Part shown: positions 10,743 to 21,232 of the stretch, piece after piece
Position numbering within the stretch: the first letter of the stretch is position 1
Layout of the letters: each line of letters begins with the position of its first letter
Origin: Escherichia coli
GTDB lineage: Bacteria > Pseudomonadota > Gammaproteobacteria > Enterobacterales > Enterobacteriaceae
Strand: one strand, 5' to 3'
DNA: 64,000 bases
Assembly (NCBI RefSeq): GCF_003018115.1
Contig: NZ_CP027457.1
Notes under the pieces: model-generated
The model's input: the letters and a program-made list of their open reading frames with translations, nothing else
Databases searched by the model: none
What the model was told of the DNA's origin: nothing
Program-made: the position numbers and the translations under genes

Positions 10743-11756
10743 ATGACGTACGCAGTGGAGTTTGACAACGTCTCGCGGTTGTACGGTGACGTGCGCGCAG
10801 TAGATGGCGTCAGTATTGCGATAAAAGATGGTGAGTTCTTCTCTATGCTGGGGCCGTCCGGCTCCGGCAAAACCACCTGCCTGCGCCTGATTGCTGGCTT
10901 CGAACAGCTTTCCGGCGGGGCTATCTCTATCTTTGGTAAACCCGCCAGCAATCTGCCACCGTGGGAGCGGGACGTGAATACTGTCTTTCAGGACTACGCG
11001 CTATTTCCGCATATGTCGATTCTTGACAATGTCGCCTATGGGCTGATGGTCAAAGGCGTGAATAAAAAGCAGCGGCACGCAATGGCGCAAGAGGCGCTGG
11101 AGAAAGTGGCGTTGGGGTTTGTACAGCAACGTAAACCGTCACAACTTTCTGGTGGTCAGCGCCAGCGGGTTGCTATCGCCAGAGCATTGGTGAATGAACC
11201 GCGCGTATTGCTGTTGGATGAACCGCTCGGCGCACTGGATCTCAAATTGCGTGAGCAGATGCAGCTGGAACTGAAAAAACTGCAACAGTCTCTCGGTATC
11301 ACTTTTATCTTCGTTACCCACGATCAGGGCGAAGCATTATCGATGTCCGATCGTGTGGCGGTTTTCAATAATGGACGCATTGAGCAGGTCGATTCCCCGC
11401 GCGATCTCTATATGCGCCCGCGCACGCCGTTTGTTGCCGGGTTCGTTGGTACATCGAATGTTTTTGATGGACTGATGGCAGAGAAACTTTGTGGCATGAC
11501 GGGAAGCTTCGCCCTGCGGCCGGAACATATCCGCCTCAACACCCCTGGTGAACTGCAGGCCAATGGCACGATCCAGGCGGTGCAATATCAGGGCGCGGCA
11601 ACTCGTTTTGAACTGAAATTGAACGGCGGTGAAAAACTGCTGGTGAGTCAGGCCAATATGACAGGCGAAGAACTGCCTGCCACGCTCACGCCCGGACAAC
11701 AGGTGATGGTTTCCTGGTCGCGTGATGTGATGGTGCCGCTGGTTGAGGAGAGGTGA
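10743..11756 (+). CDS. ydcT: ABC transporter ATP-binding protein YdcT
   Basis: Walker A (GPSGSGKTT), ABC signature (LSGGQRQR), Walker B (LLLDEP). Confidence 0.9.
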   Translation: MTYAVEFDNVSRLYGDVRAVDGVSIAIKDGEFFSMLGPSGSGKTTCLRLIAGFEQLSGGAISIFGKPASNLPPWERDVNTVFQDYALFPHMSILDNVAYGLMVKGVNKKQRHAMAQEALEKVALGFVQQRKPSQLSGGQRQRVAIARALVNEPRVLLLDEPLGALDLKLREQMQLELKKLQQSLGITFIFVTHDQGEALSMSDRVAVFNNGRIEQVDSPRDLYMRPRTPFVAGFVGTSNVFDGLMAEKLCGMTGSFALRPEHIRLNTPGELQANGTIQAVQYQGAATRFELKLNGGEKLLVSQANMTGEELPATLTPGQQVMVSWSRDVMVPLVEER

Positions 11757-12698
11757 ATGGCGATGAACGTATTGCAATCACCTTCACGTCCAGGTCTGGG
11801 TAAGGTGTCCGGTTTCTTCTGGCGGAATCCGGGGCTGGGGCTGTTTTTGCTGCTGCTTGGCCCGCTAATGTGGTTTGGCATTGTCTATTTCGGCTCGCTG
11901 CTAACGCTGTTATGGCAGGGCTTTTATACCTTTGACGATTTCACCATGTCGGTAACGCCGGAACTGACGCTGGCGAACATCCGTGCGCTGTTTAATCCGG
12001 CGAATTACGACATCATTCTCCGCACGCTGACTATGGCTGTGGCAGTCACTATCGCCAGCGCCATTCTGGCTTTTCCAATGGCGTGGTATATGGCGCGCTA
12101 TACCAGCGGGAAAATGAAAGCGTTTTTTTATATTGCGGTAATGTTGCCGATGTGGGCGAGCTACATTGTTAAAGCCTATGCCTGGACGTTATTGCTGGCA
12201 AAAGATGGCGTGGCTCAGTGGTTTTTACAACATCTTGGGCTGGAACCACTGCTGACAGCGTTCCTTACATTACCTGCGGTGGGCGGCAATACGCTGTCAA
12301 CTTCCGGGCTGGGGCGCTTTCTGGTGTTTCTCTATATCTGGCTGCCGTTCATGATCCTGCCCGTGCAGGCGGCGCTTGAGCGTTTGCCGCCGTCATTGTT
12401 GCAGGCGTCAGCTGATCTCGGCGCACGTCCACGACAAACCTTTCGCTATGTGGTGCTGCCGCTGGCGATCCCGGGTATTGCCGCTGGCTCTATCTTTACC
12501 TTCTCACTCACACTGGGCGATTTTATCGTCCCGCAGCTGGTTGGCCCGCCAGGATATTTTATCGGCAATATGGTTTATTCCCAGCAGGGGGCGATTGGCA
12601 ATATGCCGATGGCGGCGGCATTCACCCTGGTGCCGATTGTTCTTATCGCACTGTACCTGGCGTTCGTGAAACGTCTGGGAGCGTTCGATGCACTCTGA
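11757..12698 (+). CDS. ydcU: ABC transporter permease YdcU
   Basis: 313-aa hydrophobic ORF; start abuts the ydcT stop. Confidence 0.85.
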   Translation: MAMNVLQSPSRPGLGKVSGFFWRNPGLGLFLLLLGPLMWFGIVYFGSLLTLLWQGFYTFDDFTMSVTPELTLANIRALFNPANYDIILRTLTMAVAVTIASAILAFPMAWYMARYTSGKMKAFFYIAVMLPMWASYIVKAYAWTLLLAKDGVAQWFLQHLGLEPLLTAFLTLPAVGGNTLSTSGLGRFLVFLYIWLPFMILPVQAALERLPPSLLQASADLGARPRQTFRYVVLPLAIPGIAAGSIFTFSLTLGDFIVPQLVGPPGYFIGNMVYSQQGAIGNMPMAAAFTLVPIVLIALYLAFVKRLGAFDAL

Positions 12699-13482
12699 AC
12701 GCGCACCGTTTCTCCTCAAACTGGCGGCCTGGGGCGGCGTTGTTTTCCTACATTTTCCCATCCTGATAATCGCCGCCTATGCGTTTAACACTGAAGATGC
12801 GGCATTTAGTTTTCCACCGCAAGGCCTGACGCTGCGCTGGTTTGGCGTGGCAGCACAGCGTAGTGATATTCTTGATTCCGTGACACTGTCACTTAAAGTG
12901 GCAGCGCTGGCGACATTAATCGCGCTGGTGTTAGGGACGCTGGCAGCTGCCGCGCTGTGGCGACGAGACTTTTTCGGCAAAAACGCCATTTCGCTGTTAC
13001 TGCTGCTGCCCATTGCGCTGCCGGGCATTGTCACTGGTCTGGCGTTATTAACCGCCTTTAAAACCATCAATCTGGAGCCGGGATTTTTCACCATCGTGGT
13101 CGGTCATGCGACTTTTTGCGTAGTGGTGGTGTTTAACAATGTCATCGCCCGTTTTCGCCGCACCTCCTGGAGTCTGGTTGAGGCGTCAATGGATCTTGGG
13201 GCCAATGGCTGGCAAACCTTCCGCTACGTAGTGTTGCCGAATCTCAGTTCGGCGTTACTGGCAGGAGGAATGCTGGCGTTTGCCTTGTCGTTCGATGAAA
13301 TCATCGTTACGACCTTTACGGCAGGTCATGAACGAACGTTACCGTTGTGGTTGCTCAATCAGCTTGGGCGACCGCGTGATGTACCGGTAACCAACGTGGT
13401 GGCACTGCTGGTTATGTTGGTAACAACCTTGCCGATCCTGGGGGCCTGGTGGCTAACCCGCGAAGGCGACAATGGTCAATAA
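12688..13482 (+). CDS. ydcV: ABC transporter permease YdcV
   Basis: 264-aa hydrophobic ORF overlapping ydcU by 11 nt (translational coupling). Confidence 0.85.
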   Translation: MHSERAPFLLKLAAWGGVVFLHFPILIIAAYAFNTEDAAFSFPPQGLTLRWFGVAAQRSDILDSVTLSLKVAALATLIALVLGTLAAAALWRRDFFGKNAISLLLLLPIALPGIVTGLALLTAFKTINLEPGFFTIVVGHATFCVVVVFNNVIARFRRTSWSLVEASMDLGANGWQTFRYVVLPNLSSALLAGGMLAFALSFDEIIVTTFTAGHERTLPLWLLNQLGRPRDVPVTNVVALLVMLVTTLPILGAWWLTREGDNGQ

Positions 13483-13503
13483 CCACTGATACAGGAAAAT
13501 GCT

Positions 13504-14928
13504 ATGCAACATAAGTTACTGATTAACGGAGAACTGGTTAGCGGCGAAGGGGAAAAACAGCCTGTCTATAATCCGGCAACGGGGGACGTTTTACTGGAGA
13601 TTGCCGAGGCATCCGCAGAGCAGGTCGATGCTGCTGTGCGCGCGGCAGATGCAGCATTTGCCGAATGGGGGCAAACCACGCCGAAAGTGCGTGCGGAATG
13701 TCTGCTGAAACTGGCTGATGTTATCGAAGAAAATGGTCAGGTTTTTGCCGAACTGGAGTCCCGTAATTGTGGCAAACCGCTGCATAGTGCGTTCAATGAT
13801 GAAATCCCGGCGATTGTCGATGTTTTTCGCTTTTTCGCGGGTGCGGCGCGCTGTCTGAATGGTCTGGCGGCAGGTGAATATCTTGAAGGTCATACTTCGA
13901 TGATCCGTCGCGATCCGTTGGGGGTCGTGGCTTCTATCGCACCGTGGAATTATCCGCTGATGATGGCAGCGTGGAAACTGGCTCCGGCGCTGGCGGCAGG
14001 GAACTGCGTAGTGCTTAAACCATCAGAAATTACCCCGCTGACCGCGTTGAAGTTGGCGGAGCTGGCGAAAGATATCTTCCCGGCAGGCGTGATTAACGTA
14101 CTGTTTGGCAGAGGCAAAACGGTGGGCGATCCGCTGACCGGACATCCTAAAGTGCGGATGGTGTCGCTGACGGGCTCTATCGCCACCGGCGAGCACATCA
14201 TCAGCCATACCGCGCCCTCCATTAAGCGTACTCATATGGAACTTGGTGGCAAAGCGCCAGTGATTGTTTTTGATGATGCGGATATTGAAGCAGTGGTCGA
14301 AGGTGTACGTACATTTGGCTATTACAATGCCGGACAGGATTGTACTGCGGCTTGTCGGATCTACGCGCAAAAAGGCATTTACGATACGCTGGTGGAAAAA
14401 CTGGGTGCTGCGGTGGCAACGTTAAAATCTGGTGCGCCGGATGACGAGTCTACGGAGCTTGGACCTTTAAGCTCGCTGGCGCATCTCGAACGCGTCAGCA
14501 AGGCAGTAGAAGAGGCGAAAGCGACAGGGCATATCAAAGTGATCACCGGTGGTGAAAAGCGCAAGGGTAATGGCTATTACTATGCGCCGACGCTGCTGGC
14601 TGGCGCATTACAGGACGATGCCATCGTGCAAAAAGAGGTATTTGGTCCAGTAGTGAGTGTTACGCCCTTCGACAACGAAGAACAGGTGGTGAACTGGGCG
14701 AATGACAGCCAGTACGGACTTGCATCTTCGGTATGGACGAAAGATGTGGGCAGGGCGCATCGCGTCAGCGCACGGCTGCAATATGGTTGTACCTGGGTCA
14801 ATACCCATTTTATGCTGGTGAGTGAAATGCCGCACGGTGGGCAGAAACTTTCTGGTTACGGCAAGGATATGTCACTTTATGGGCTGGAGGATTACACCGT
14901 CGTCCGCCACGTCATGGTTAAACATTAA
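13504..14928 (+). CDS. patD: Gamma-aminobutyraldehyde dehydrogenase PatD (YdcW/Prr)
   Basis: 474-aa aldehyde dehydrogenase-family ORF with catalytic Cys motif (GQDCTAA) and MELGGKAP. Confidence 0.9.
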   Translation: MQHKLLINGELVSGEGEKQPVYNPATGDVLLEIAEASAEQVDAAVRAADAAFAEWGQTTPKVRAECLLKLADVIEENGQVFAELESRNCGKPLHSAFNDEIPAIVDVFRFFAGAARCLNGLAAGEYLEGHTSMIRRDPLGVVASIAPWNYPLMMAAWKLAPALAAGNCVVLKPSEITPLTALKLAELAKDIFPAGVINVLFGRGKTVGDPLTGHPKVRMVSLTGSIATGEHIISHTAPSIKRTHMELGGKAPVIVFDDADIEAVVEGVRTFGYYNAGQDCTAACRIYAQKGIYDTLVEKLGAAVATLKSGAPDDESTELGPLSSLAHLERVSKAVEEAKATGHIKVITGGEKRKGNGYYYAPTLLAGALQDDAIVQKEVFGPVVSVTPFDNEEQVVNWANDSQYGLASSVWTKDVGRAHRVSARLQYGCTWVNTHFMLVSEMPHGGQKLSGYGKDMSLYGLEDYTVVRHVMVKH

Positions 14929-14967
14929 GGATAATATTGCAGATCGTAAGAGTATGAGATGATCTTG

Positions 14968-15001
14968 CGTACTGTCAGAGCACTGATTTCTCTGACAGTA
15001 C
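14968..15001. terminator. Perfect 13-bp inverted repeat between convergent patD and yncL (bidirectional terminator candidate)
   Basis: cgtactgtcagag - cactgatttc - ctctgacagtacg; no clear T-tract, so terminator function is inferred. Confidence 0.45.
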
Positions 15002-15024
15002 GTGCTGCGTGCAAAATCACTACA

Positions 15025-15120
15025 TCAAATAAACCAGCCAAATCTCATAGAGATAAGAGTAAACAAACCAACAGCAGCAAAGACATTTATCAGTACTACA
15101 GTTCTACTGGAAACATTCAT
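15025..15120 (-). CDS. yncL: 31-aa single-pass membrane small protein YncL
   Basis: Hand-translated minus-strand ORF MNVSSRTVVLINVFAAVGLFTLISMRFGWFI-stop; too short for the track. Confidence 0.65.
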   Translation of the reverse strand: MNVSSRTVVLINVFAAVGLFTLISMRFGWFI

Positions 15121-15314
15121 TTTTGCCACCTTTTATCATTGCCCCTATGTGTATAGTACGGGTTAAGAAAATCCGCAATAATACTCATTCTGAAGATGGA
15201 TAAGGGCAAGTTGCTGTTTGATGATTTTTTCTCAAACCGGTGAAAAAACTTGATGCACGTCAAAAAATGACGCATATTTGCGCGCGTTTTATTCATCTGG
15301 CTGGACGCCCGTAC

Positions 15315-15488
15315 ATGTCTCTCTATCAACATATGCTTGTTTTTTATGCGGTTATGGCAGCAATCGCATTTCTTATCACCTGGTTTCTTTCTCACGATAA
15401 GAAACGCATCCGTTTCTTAAGCGCCTTTCTGGTGGGGGCAACATGGCCGATGAGTTTCCCGGTGGCGCTGTTGTTTTCACTGTTTTAA
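15315..15488 (+). CDS. ortT: Small membrane toxin OrtT (YdcX)
   Basis: 57-aa ORF (MSLYQHMLVFYAVMAAIAFLITWFL...) inside track ORF 15240..15488. Confidence 0.7.
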   Translation: MSLYQHMLVFYAVMAAIAFLITWFLSHDKKRIRFLSAFLVGATWPMSFPVALLFSLF

Positions 15489-15573
15489 ATCTTACTCACT
15501 GGCTTGACGGCACCACGCAGACTTATATCATTTGGATGAATCGATAAATTTCACAAGTGGCTAAGGAGAAAGT

Positions 15574-15807
15574 ATGTCGCATCTGGATGAAGTCATCGCG
15601 CGCGTGGATGCCGCGATTGAAGAGAGCGTCATTGCCCATATGAACGAATTATTAATCGCCCTGAGCGATGACGCGGAGTTAAGTCGGGAAGATCGCTACA
15701 CCCAGCAGCAGCGTTTGCGCACCGCTATTGCTCATCACGGTCGCAAGCATAAAGAAGATATGGAAGCGCGCCATGAACAGTTAACCAAAGGCGGCACCAT
15801 CCTGTGA
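15574..15807 (+). CDS. ydcY: Uncharacterized protein YdcY
   Basis: 77-aa ORF with GGAGA Shine-Dalgarno; conserved position. Confidence 0.75.
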   Translation: MSHLDEVIARVDAAIEESVIAHMNELLIALSDDAELSREDRYTQQQRLRTAIAHHGRKHKEDMEARHEQLTKGGTIL

Positions 15808-16257
15808 TTAAAATGAGCGTCTGGCTACCAACCAGGCGCCAACCACAAGTAAAATTGCGCCACAAATTGGGCCGAACAACGCCCGTAGTGGTACGCCATG
15901 ACTGCGGAAGATATCCAGAACCAGACCGCCAATCAGCTGGCTGGCGACCAGTACTGCAATAGTTGTCGCCGCTCCCACATTCTGATATCCGCTGATACTG
16001 GCGAAGACAAAAAACGATCCCAGCAAGCCAGGTATAAGTGTCCACCAGCGCACGCTGGACACCAGTTCGCCAAACCCCGCCATACCTTGTTTAAACCATA
16101 AAATAGAAACAAAGAGCACAATCCCCACCAGTGAGTTCAGCAACATGGCGATGAGAATGGTAGAGGAGGTCTGGGTGATGCGCACCATCAGCGTGTTCTG
16201 GACTACCAGACCAATTCCGGCGGCAATCAAAAAGGCAAGGGTGAGCGACTGATTCAT
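15808..16257 (-). CDS. ydcZ: DMT-superfamily inner membrane protein YdcZ
   Basis: 149-aa hydrophobic ORF, convergent and abutting ydcY. Confidence 0.8.
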   Translation of the reverse strand: MNQSLTLAFLIAAGIGLVVQNTLMVRITQTSSTILIAMLLNSLVGIVLFVSILWFKQGMAGFGELVSSVRWWTLIPGLLGSFFVFASISGYQNVGAATTIAVLVASQLIGGLVLDIFRSHGVPLRALFGPICGAILLVVGAWLVARRSF

Positions 16258-16772
16258 CCAATCGCGTCCGGTTCAGTGCGTTCGTCGAGTTGCAACTGCA
16301 TAAATGTCAGATCCAGCCAGCGCCCAAATTTAGTGCCCACCTGCGGCATTTGTGCGGTGACGACAAATCCCAGCGACTGGTGCAGATGCAGCGAGGCCTG
16401 ATTTTGCGATTCGATCCCGGCGACCATGACATGCTTCCCGCAATCCCGCGCTTCATCAATCAATCGGCTTAACAATTTACGCCCCAGACCTTTGCCCTGA
16501 TGATCGGGATGGACATAAACCGAATGTTCCACGGTATGGCGAAAACCATCGAAACTACGCCAGTCGCCAAATGAGGCATATCCCGTCACTACGCCATCTT
16601 CTTCACTTACCAGCACCGGATAACCTGCTATGGTCCGCGCTTCAAACCAGGCAATGCGGTTATCTGCATCAACCGTTTGGTCATTCCAGATAGCCGCCGT
16701 ATACAACACGGCGTGGTTATAAATTTCCGCAATGGCAGCACAATCGGCTTTGCGGGCAAAACGGATGGACAT
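16254..16772 (-). CDS. mnaT: GNAT-family N-acetyltransferase MnaT (YncA)
   Basis: Start set to ATG at 16772 (MSIRFARKADC..., 172 aa); overlaps the ydcZ start by 4 nt. Confidence 0.8.
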   Translation of the reverse strand: MSIRFARKADCAAIAEIYNHAVLYTAAIWNDQTVDADNRIAWFEARTIAGYPVLVSEEDGVVTGYASFGDWRSFDGFRHTVEHSVYVHPDHQGKGLGRKLLSRLIDEARDCGKHVMVAGIESQNQASLHLHQSLGFVVTAQMPQVGTKFGRWLDLTFMQLQLDERTEPDAIG

Positions 16773-16952
16773 GTCTGGCCTCGATAAAATAATGATGATG
16801 ATGTTATCAATACTATCGAAAACAGCCCGAAGCAACGGATTCCTCGATGAAATTATTGCGTGTTGCAGAGGGGATGTGACGGCTGCAAACAAAACCAATC
16901 CCGTGAGCCTGCTACTATTGATGGATTCATGCCAAAAGCACAGGAGAGCATT

Positions 16953-17990
16953 ATGGGGCAACAAAAGCAGCGTAATCGACGTTGGGTTCTGGCCTCGCGT
17001 CCACATGGCGCACCGGTTCCGGAGAATTTCCGTCTTGAAGAAGATGATGTCGCCACACCGGGTGAAGGACAGGTGTTACTGCGCACAGTTTATTTGTCCC
17101 TGGACCCGTATATGCGTGGACGTATGAGCGATGAGCCATCTTATTCACCGCCTGTTGATATTGGCGGCGTGATGGTCGGCGGCACGGTGAGCCGTGTTGT
17201 GGAGTCGAATCATCCTGATTATCAGCCTGGCGACTGGGTGCTGGGCTACAGTGGATGGCAGGACTATGACATATCCAGTGGTGATGATCTGGTGAAACTT
17301 GGCGATCATCCGCAAAATCCATCGTGGTCGCTGGGTGTGCTGGGGATGCCAGGCTTTACCGCTTATATGGGGCTGCTGGATATCGGTCAGCCTAAAGAGG
17401 GCGAAACGTTGGTGGTAGCTGCGGCGACAGGTCCTGTGGGAGCAACGGTGGGGCAAATCGGCAAACTTAAAGGTTGCAGGGTGGTGGGGGTTGCCGGTGG
17501 CGCGGAAAAATGCCGCCATGCTATCGAGGTGCTGGGCTTCGATGTTTGTCTTGATCACCACGCGGATGATTTTGCCGAACAACTGGTGAAAGCGTGCCCA
17601 AAAGGTATTGATATCTATTATGAAAACGTGGGCGGTAAGGTATTTGATGCAGTGCTACCATTACTTAATACATCTGCGCGCATTCCCGTTTGTGGCTTAG
17701 TGAGCAGCTATAACGCTACAGAGCTACCACCCGGTCCGGATCGTTTACCCCTGTTGATGGCAACGGTGCTGAAAAAACGTATTCGCTTGCAAGGGTTTAT
17801 TATCGCTCAGGATTATGGTCACCGCATCCATGAGTTTCAGAAGGAGATGGGGCAATGGGTGAAAGAGGATAAAATCCACTACCACGAAGATATTACTGAT
17901 GGTTTAGAGAATGCGCCACAGACGTTTATCGGCCTGCTGAAGGGTAAAAACTTCGGCAAAGTGGTGATCCGCGTCGCGGGTGATGATTAA
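16953..17990 (+). CDS. curA: NADPH-dependent curcumin/dihydrocurcumin reductase CurA (YncB)
   Basis: Medium-chain dehydrogenase/reductase fold with nucleotide-binding glycine motif (AAATGPVGATVGQ); start at internal ATG (MGQQKQRNRR..., 345 aa). Confidence 0.85.
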   Translation: MGQQKQRNRRWVLASRPHGAPVPENFRLEEDDVATPGEGQVLLRTVYLSLDPYMRGRMSDEPSYSPPVDIGGVMVGGTVSRVVESNHPDYQPGDWVLGYSGWQDYDISSGDDLVKLGDHPQNPSWSLGVLGMPGFTAYMGLLDIGQPKEGETLVVAAATGPVGATVGQIGKLKGCRVVGVAGGAEKCRHAIEVLGFDVCLDHHADDFAEQLVKACPKGIDIYYENVGGKVFDAVLPLLNTSARIPVCGLVSSYNATELPPGPDRLPLLMATVLKKRIRLQGFIIAQDYGHRIHEFQKEMGQWVKEDKIHYHEDITDGLENAPQTFIGLLKGKNFGKVVIRVAGDD

Positions 17991-18187
17991 AGTTTCAACG
18001 GCGGCGTAAGCCGCCATAAAAATCCAGGCAAAAAGCTTATTTTCAGCTTTAATTAACTAACCACGTCATTGTTCTGCTGCTAATAACAACAAAGGTGGGT
18101 GGTTTATGATTATTCACTTTAATACACCAGGTGAACTCCTTCTGCCGTGCAGGCAGGGTTGGACAGAAAACACGCGAAGGAATTAAA

Positions 18188-18853
18188 ATGCCTGGAATGG
18201 GAAAAATGAAACATGTCAGTTTGACTCTGCAGGTTGAGAACGACCTGAAACATCAGCTTAGTATTGGCGCATTAAAACCTGGCGCACGCCTGATTACTAA
18301 AAATCTGGCGGAGCAATTAGGTATGAGTATTACACCTGTGCGTGAAGCATTATTACGTCTGGTTTCGGTGAATGCGCTTTCTGTCGCACCTGCACAAGCA
18401 TTTACAGTTCCGGAAGTGGGGAAACGTCAATTAGACGAAATCAATCGGATCCGCTACGAACTGGAATTAATGGCAGTTGCTCTGACTGTTGAAAACCTCA
18501 CCCCGCAAGACCTGGCGGAACTCCAGGAATTGCTCGAGAAATTACAGCAGGCGCAAGAAAAGGGCGACATGGAACAAATCATTAATGTAAACAGGCTATT
18601 TCGCTTAGCGATTTATCATCGCTCAAATATGCCCATCCTGTGTGAGATGATTGAGCAACTGTGGGTCAGGATGGGGCCTGGTTTACATTATCTCTATGAA
18701 GCGATTAATCCAGCGGAATTACGGGAGCATATAGAAAACTATCATCTGTTACTCGCTGCGTTAAAAGCAAAAGACAAAGAGGGATGCAGACATTGTCTTG
18801 CTGAAATTATGCAACAAAATATTGCTATTTTATACCAGCAATACAATCGTTAA
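18188..18853 (+). CDS. mcbR: GntR-family transcriptional regulator McbR (YncC)
   Basis: Start at ATG 18188 (MPGMGKMKH..., 221 aa) after an AAGGA Shine-Dalgarno. Confidence 0.8.
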   Translation: MPGMGKMKHVSLTLQVENDLKHQLSIGALKPGARLITKNLAEQLGMSITPVREALLRLVSVNALSVAPAQAFTVPEVGKRQLDEINRIRYELELMAVALTVENLTPQDLAELQELLEKLQQAQEKGDMEQIINVNRLFRLAIYHRSNMPILCEMIEQLWVRMGPGLHYLYEAINPAELREHIENYHLLLAALKAKDKEGCRHCLAEIMQQNIAILYQQYNR

Positions 18854-18858
18854 AGTAA

Positions 18859-18880
18859 ATGCCCGGCAAATACCGGGCAT
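18859..18880. terminator. Hairpin between convergent mcbR and yncD (bidirectional terminator candidate)
   Basis: gcccgg caaata ccgggc flanked by A/T runs. Confidence 0.5.
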
Positions 18881-18888
18881 CAAGGTAA

Positions 18889-20991
18889 TTACTCAAATCT
18901 CCACGCAATATTCATGCCGACACCATAATTTCGTCCGGGCGAAGGTTCGTAATATCGCCCGTTTGACTCATTGACAATGACAGAACCAACGTATTCTTTA
19001 TCGAATAAATTATCGACACGACCAAATAAATCCACAGTTAAATTGTGGTAATTGTATTTATACCCGGTGAATAAGCCGACGAGAGTATAAGACGGCGCTT
19101 TTGCCGTATTTTCATCATCTGCCATAATATCGCCCATATAACGCGCTTCCGTGCCTGCATACCAACCATCTTCCGGTACATAACCTATCGACGCAAAGCC
19201 CATATTACGGGCGATCCCTGGCATCCGATTACCGTTACAATCCTGTTCATTGCAAACATTGCTGCGATAGGTCGCATCAAGCCAGGTCCAGGACGCGTTT
19301 ACGCGAAAATCTCCTGCGAAACGTTGATCCCATGCCAGTTCAGCGCCTTGACGACGGGTCTTTCCGGCATTTTTGTAAGTCGTACGCCCACCGCTACTGC
19401 TATCGACAACAATTTCATCATCAGTGTCGGTCTGAAACAATGCGAGACTAAGCAGCCCATCACCAATACGCGTTTTACTGCCGATCTCAATTGTATCGTT
19501 GGTGGATGGTTTTAAACCAAAGTTCATACCGCTTTGCCCATCAGCACGATAAGACAGCTCATTAATCGTCGGCGTTTCAAAACCTCGCCCGGCTGCCAGA
19601 TAGATATTCCAGGCATCGGTCATTGCATATTTTAACGAACCGGCAGGTAGCCATTTATGATAACTGGCATCACCGCTGTCATCGCCGTTACCCGGAGTAA
19701 CGTAATGGTCGTTGGAATCAAACCACACGGAGCTGTAGCGCACGCCAGCATCCAGCGACAGTTTTTCGCTCAGCTGCCACTGCGTCTGTAAATAGGGATC
19801 GATGTTCCACATCAGATTGCGTTCGTCGCGACGCAACTCACCTTTTTGCCCGTACTCCGGCATGCCGCTATTCAGGCGGAAGTTATTGTAGCCCTTGCGG
19901 TTTTCACTCATGTTTTCGTAGTTCAGGCCGGTAGTGAACGTGACCGGAACGCCCAGTTCACCACGGTGTGTCCAGCGGCTGTCTATCCCCTGGTAATGGC
20001 GTTGCAGGGTAATCACGCCGCCCGCATGTGACGGGTTAAGTTGTGGTGCCATGGGTATTGACTGGTACTGGGTCGTTTCTCGCTCTCCGGCATACATCAT
20101 CACACTCATATCATCTTGCGCGCTCAGGCTACGTTCATAGCGCAACCCAGCCTGAGTTTGCTTGATGGTTTTTCGCGTGTCGTACTGTTCAGCGCGTGGC
20201 GCGTGTTGCGGATTCGCCTTCCATTCTGCTTCGGTTAGCCCACCTGGGTCATCTGCTTTGATATCCACGCTATTGAAAATCAGGCTTACTTTGCTGGCGT
20301 CATCAATGCGTACGCCCAGTTTGGCATTGGCTAAATTTTTCTGTGCGCCGCTATGGTCACGATAGCCGTGGGTCGTAAAACGCGTGGTTGAGACGGTGTA
20401 ATCGACATCGCCGGGCTGTGTGCCGTCGCCCGTTGCACCCGTTGCTTTGAGCCCATAGCGCCAGCTGCCAAAACTGCCGTAGTAACTGCTGGCTTCAATG
20501 GTTGGTGGCTGTTGCCCGGTCTGGGTGGTGACATTCATTACACCGCCAGACGCGTTGCCATACAGGGCAGAGAAGGGGCCACGCAGCACTTCCACATTTT
20601 GCACACTGCTTAAATCGATGTTGGATGTTTGCCCTTGCCCGTCGGGCATGGTAGCGGGAATACCGTCCACATACAGGCGAATACCGCGAATTCCGTAAGT
20701 GGAGCGGGAGCCAAATCCGCGAATCGACAGCTGTAAATCTTGCGCATAGTTCTGCCGATTTTGTACCTGCAAACCAGGCACGCTGGTCAGTGATTCGGAC
20801 AAGTTAATGCGCGGTGTTGCCAGGCGCATCTCCTCGCCATCCACCACGCTTACTGCTGCTGGGGTATCCAGTTCTGAAACCACCTGCGGTGCGGCACTGA
20901 CAATCATGGTCTGTTCATCAGCGGCAAAAACAACGGGGGAAAGGGCAAGTAGTGCGGGCAAAACGGTCTGTCGGACGGAAAAAATCTTCAT
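18889..20991 (-). CDS. yncD: TonB-dependent outer membrane receptor YncD
   Basis: 700-aa ORF with signal peptide, plug domain and C-terminal aromatic residue (…WRFE) typical of TonB-dependent beta-barrels. Confidence 0.9.
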   Translation of the reverse strand: MKIFSVRQTVLPALLALSPVVFAADEQTMIVSAAPQVVSELDTPAAVSVVDGEEMRLATPRINLSESLTSVPGLQVQNRQNYAQDLQLSIRGFGSRSTYGIRGIRLYVDGIPATMPDGQGQTSNIDLSSVQNVEVLRGPFSALYGNASGGVMNVTTQTGQQPPTIEASSYYGSFGSWRYGLKATGATGDGTQPGDVDYTVSTTRFTTHGYRDHSGAQKNLANAKLGVRIDDASKVSLIFNSVDIKADDPGGLTEAEWKANPQHAPRAEQYDTRKTIKQTQAGLRYERSLSAQDDMSVMMYAGERETTQYQSIPMAPQLNPSHAGGVITLQRHYQGIDSRWTHRGELGVPVTFTTGLNYENMSENRKGYNNFRLNSGMPEYGQKGELRRDERNLMWNIDPYLQTQWQLSEKLSLDAGVRYSSVWFDSNDHYVTPGNGDDSGDASYHKWLPAGSLKYAMTDAWNIYLAAGRGFETPTINELSYRADGQSGMNFGLKPSTNDTIEIGSKTRIGDGLLSLALFQTDTDDEIVVDSSSGGRTTYKNAGKTRRQGAELAWDQRFAGDFRVNASWTWLDATYRSNVCNEQDCNGNRMPGIARNMGFASIGYVPEDGWYAGTEARYMGDIMADDENTAKAPSYTLVGLFTGYKYNYHNLTVDLFGRVDNLFDKEYVGSVIVNESNGRYYEPSPGRNYGVGMNIAWRFE

Positions 20992-21124
20992 GAAAAAAGC
21001 CAGGTTAAGAATGGGAAAACGCCGTTATGGTAATGAAATTGTAAATTTATGGAAAACGAAACGGCACGATACGTTAAGTAATTGAGAAAATTGTAGTCGT
21101 AACGGCAAGAAATGCTCCACATTT

Positions 21125-21145
21125 GAGAAAATAATGATTACCATT
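21125..21145. promoter_or_regulatory. Candidate Fur box in the yncD-yncE divergent promoter region
   Basis: gagaaaataatgattaccatt resembles the Fur consensus GATAATGATAATCATTATC; both flanking genes are iron-related by family. Site inferred by eye. Confidence 0.4.
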
Positions 21146-21232
21146 CCCATTTATAACAAGAGCGTAACGATGATTACGCTTAGCGAAGCATTGTGAAGCA
21201 GCAAAAATATCGGTTCATCAAAGGGAGTCGTC

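Noticed and set aside
14959-15156. 65-aa + strand ORF overlapping yncL
   Set aside because: Low-complexity product; yncL on the opposite strand fits a known small protein in the same register.
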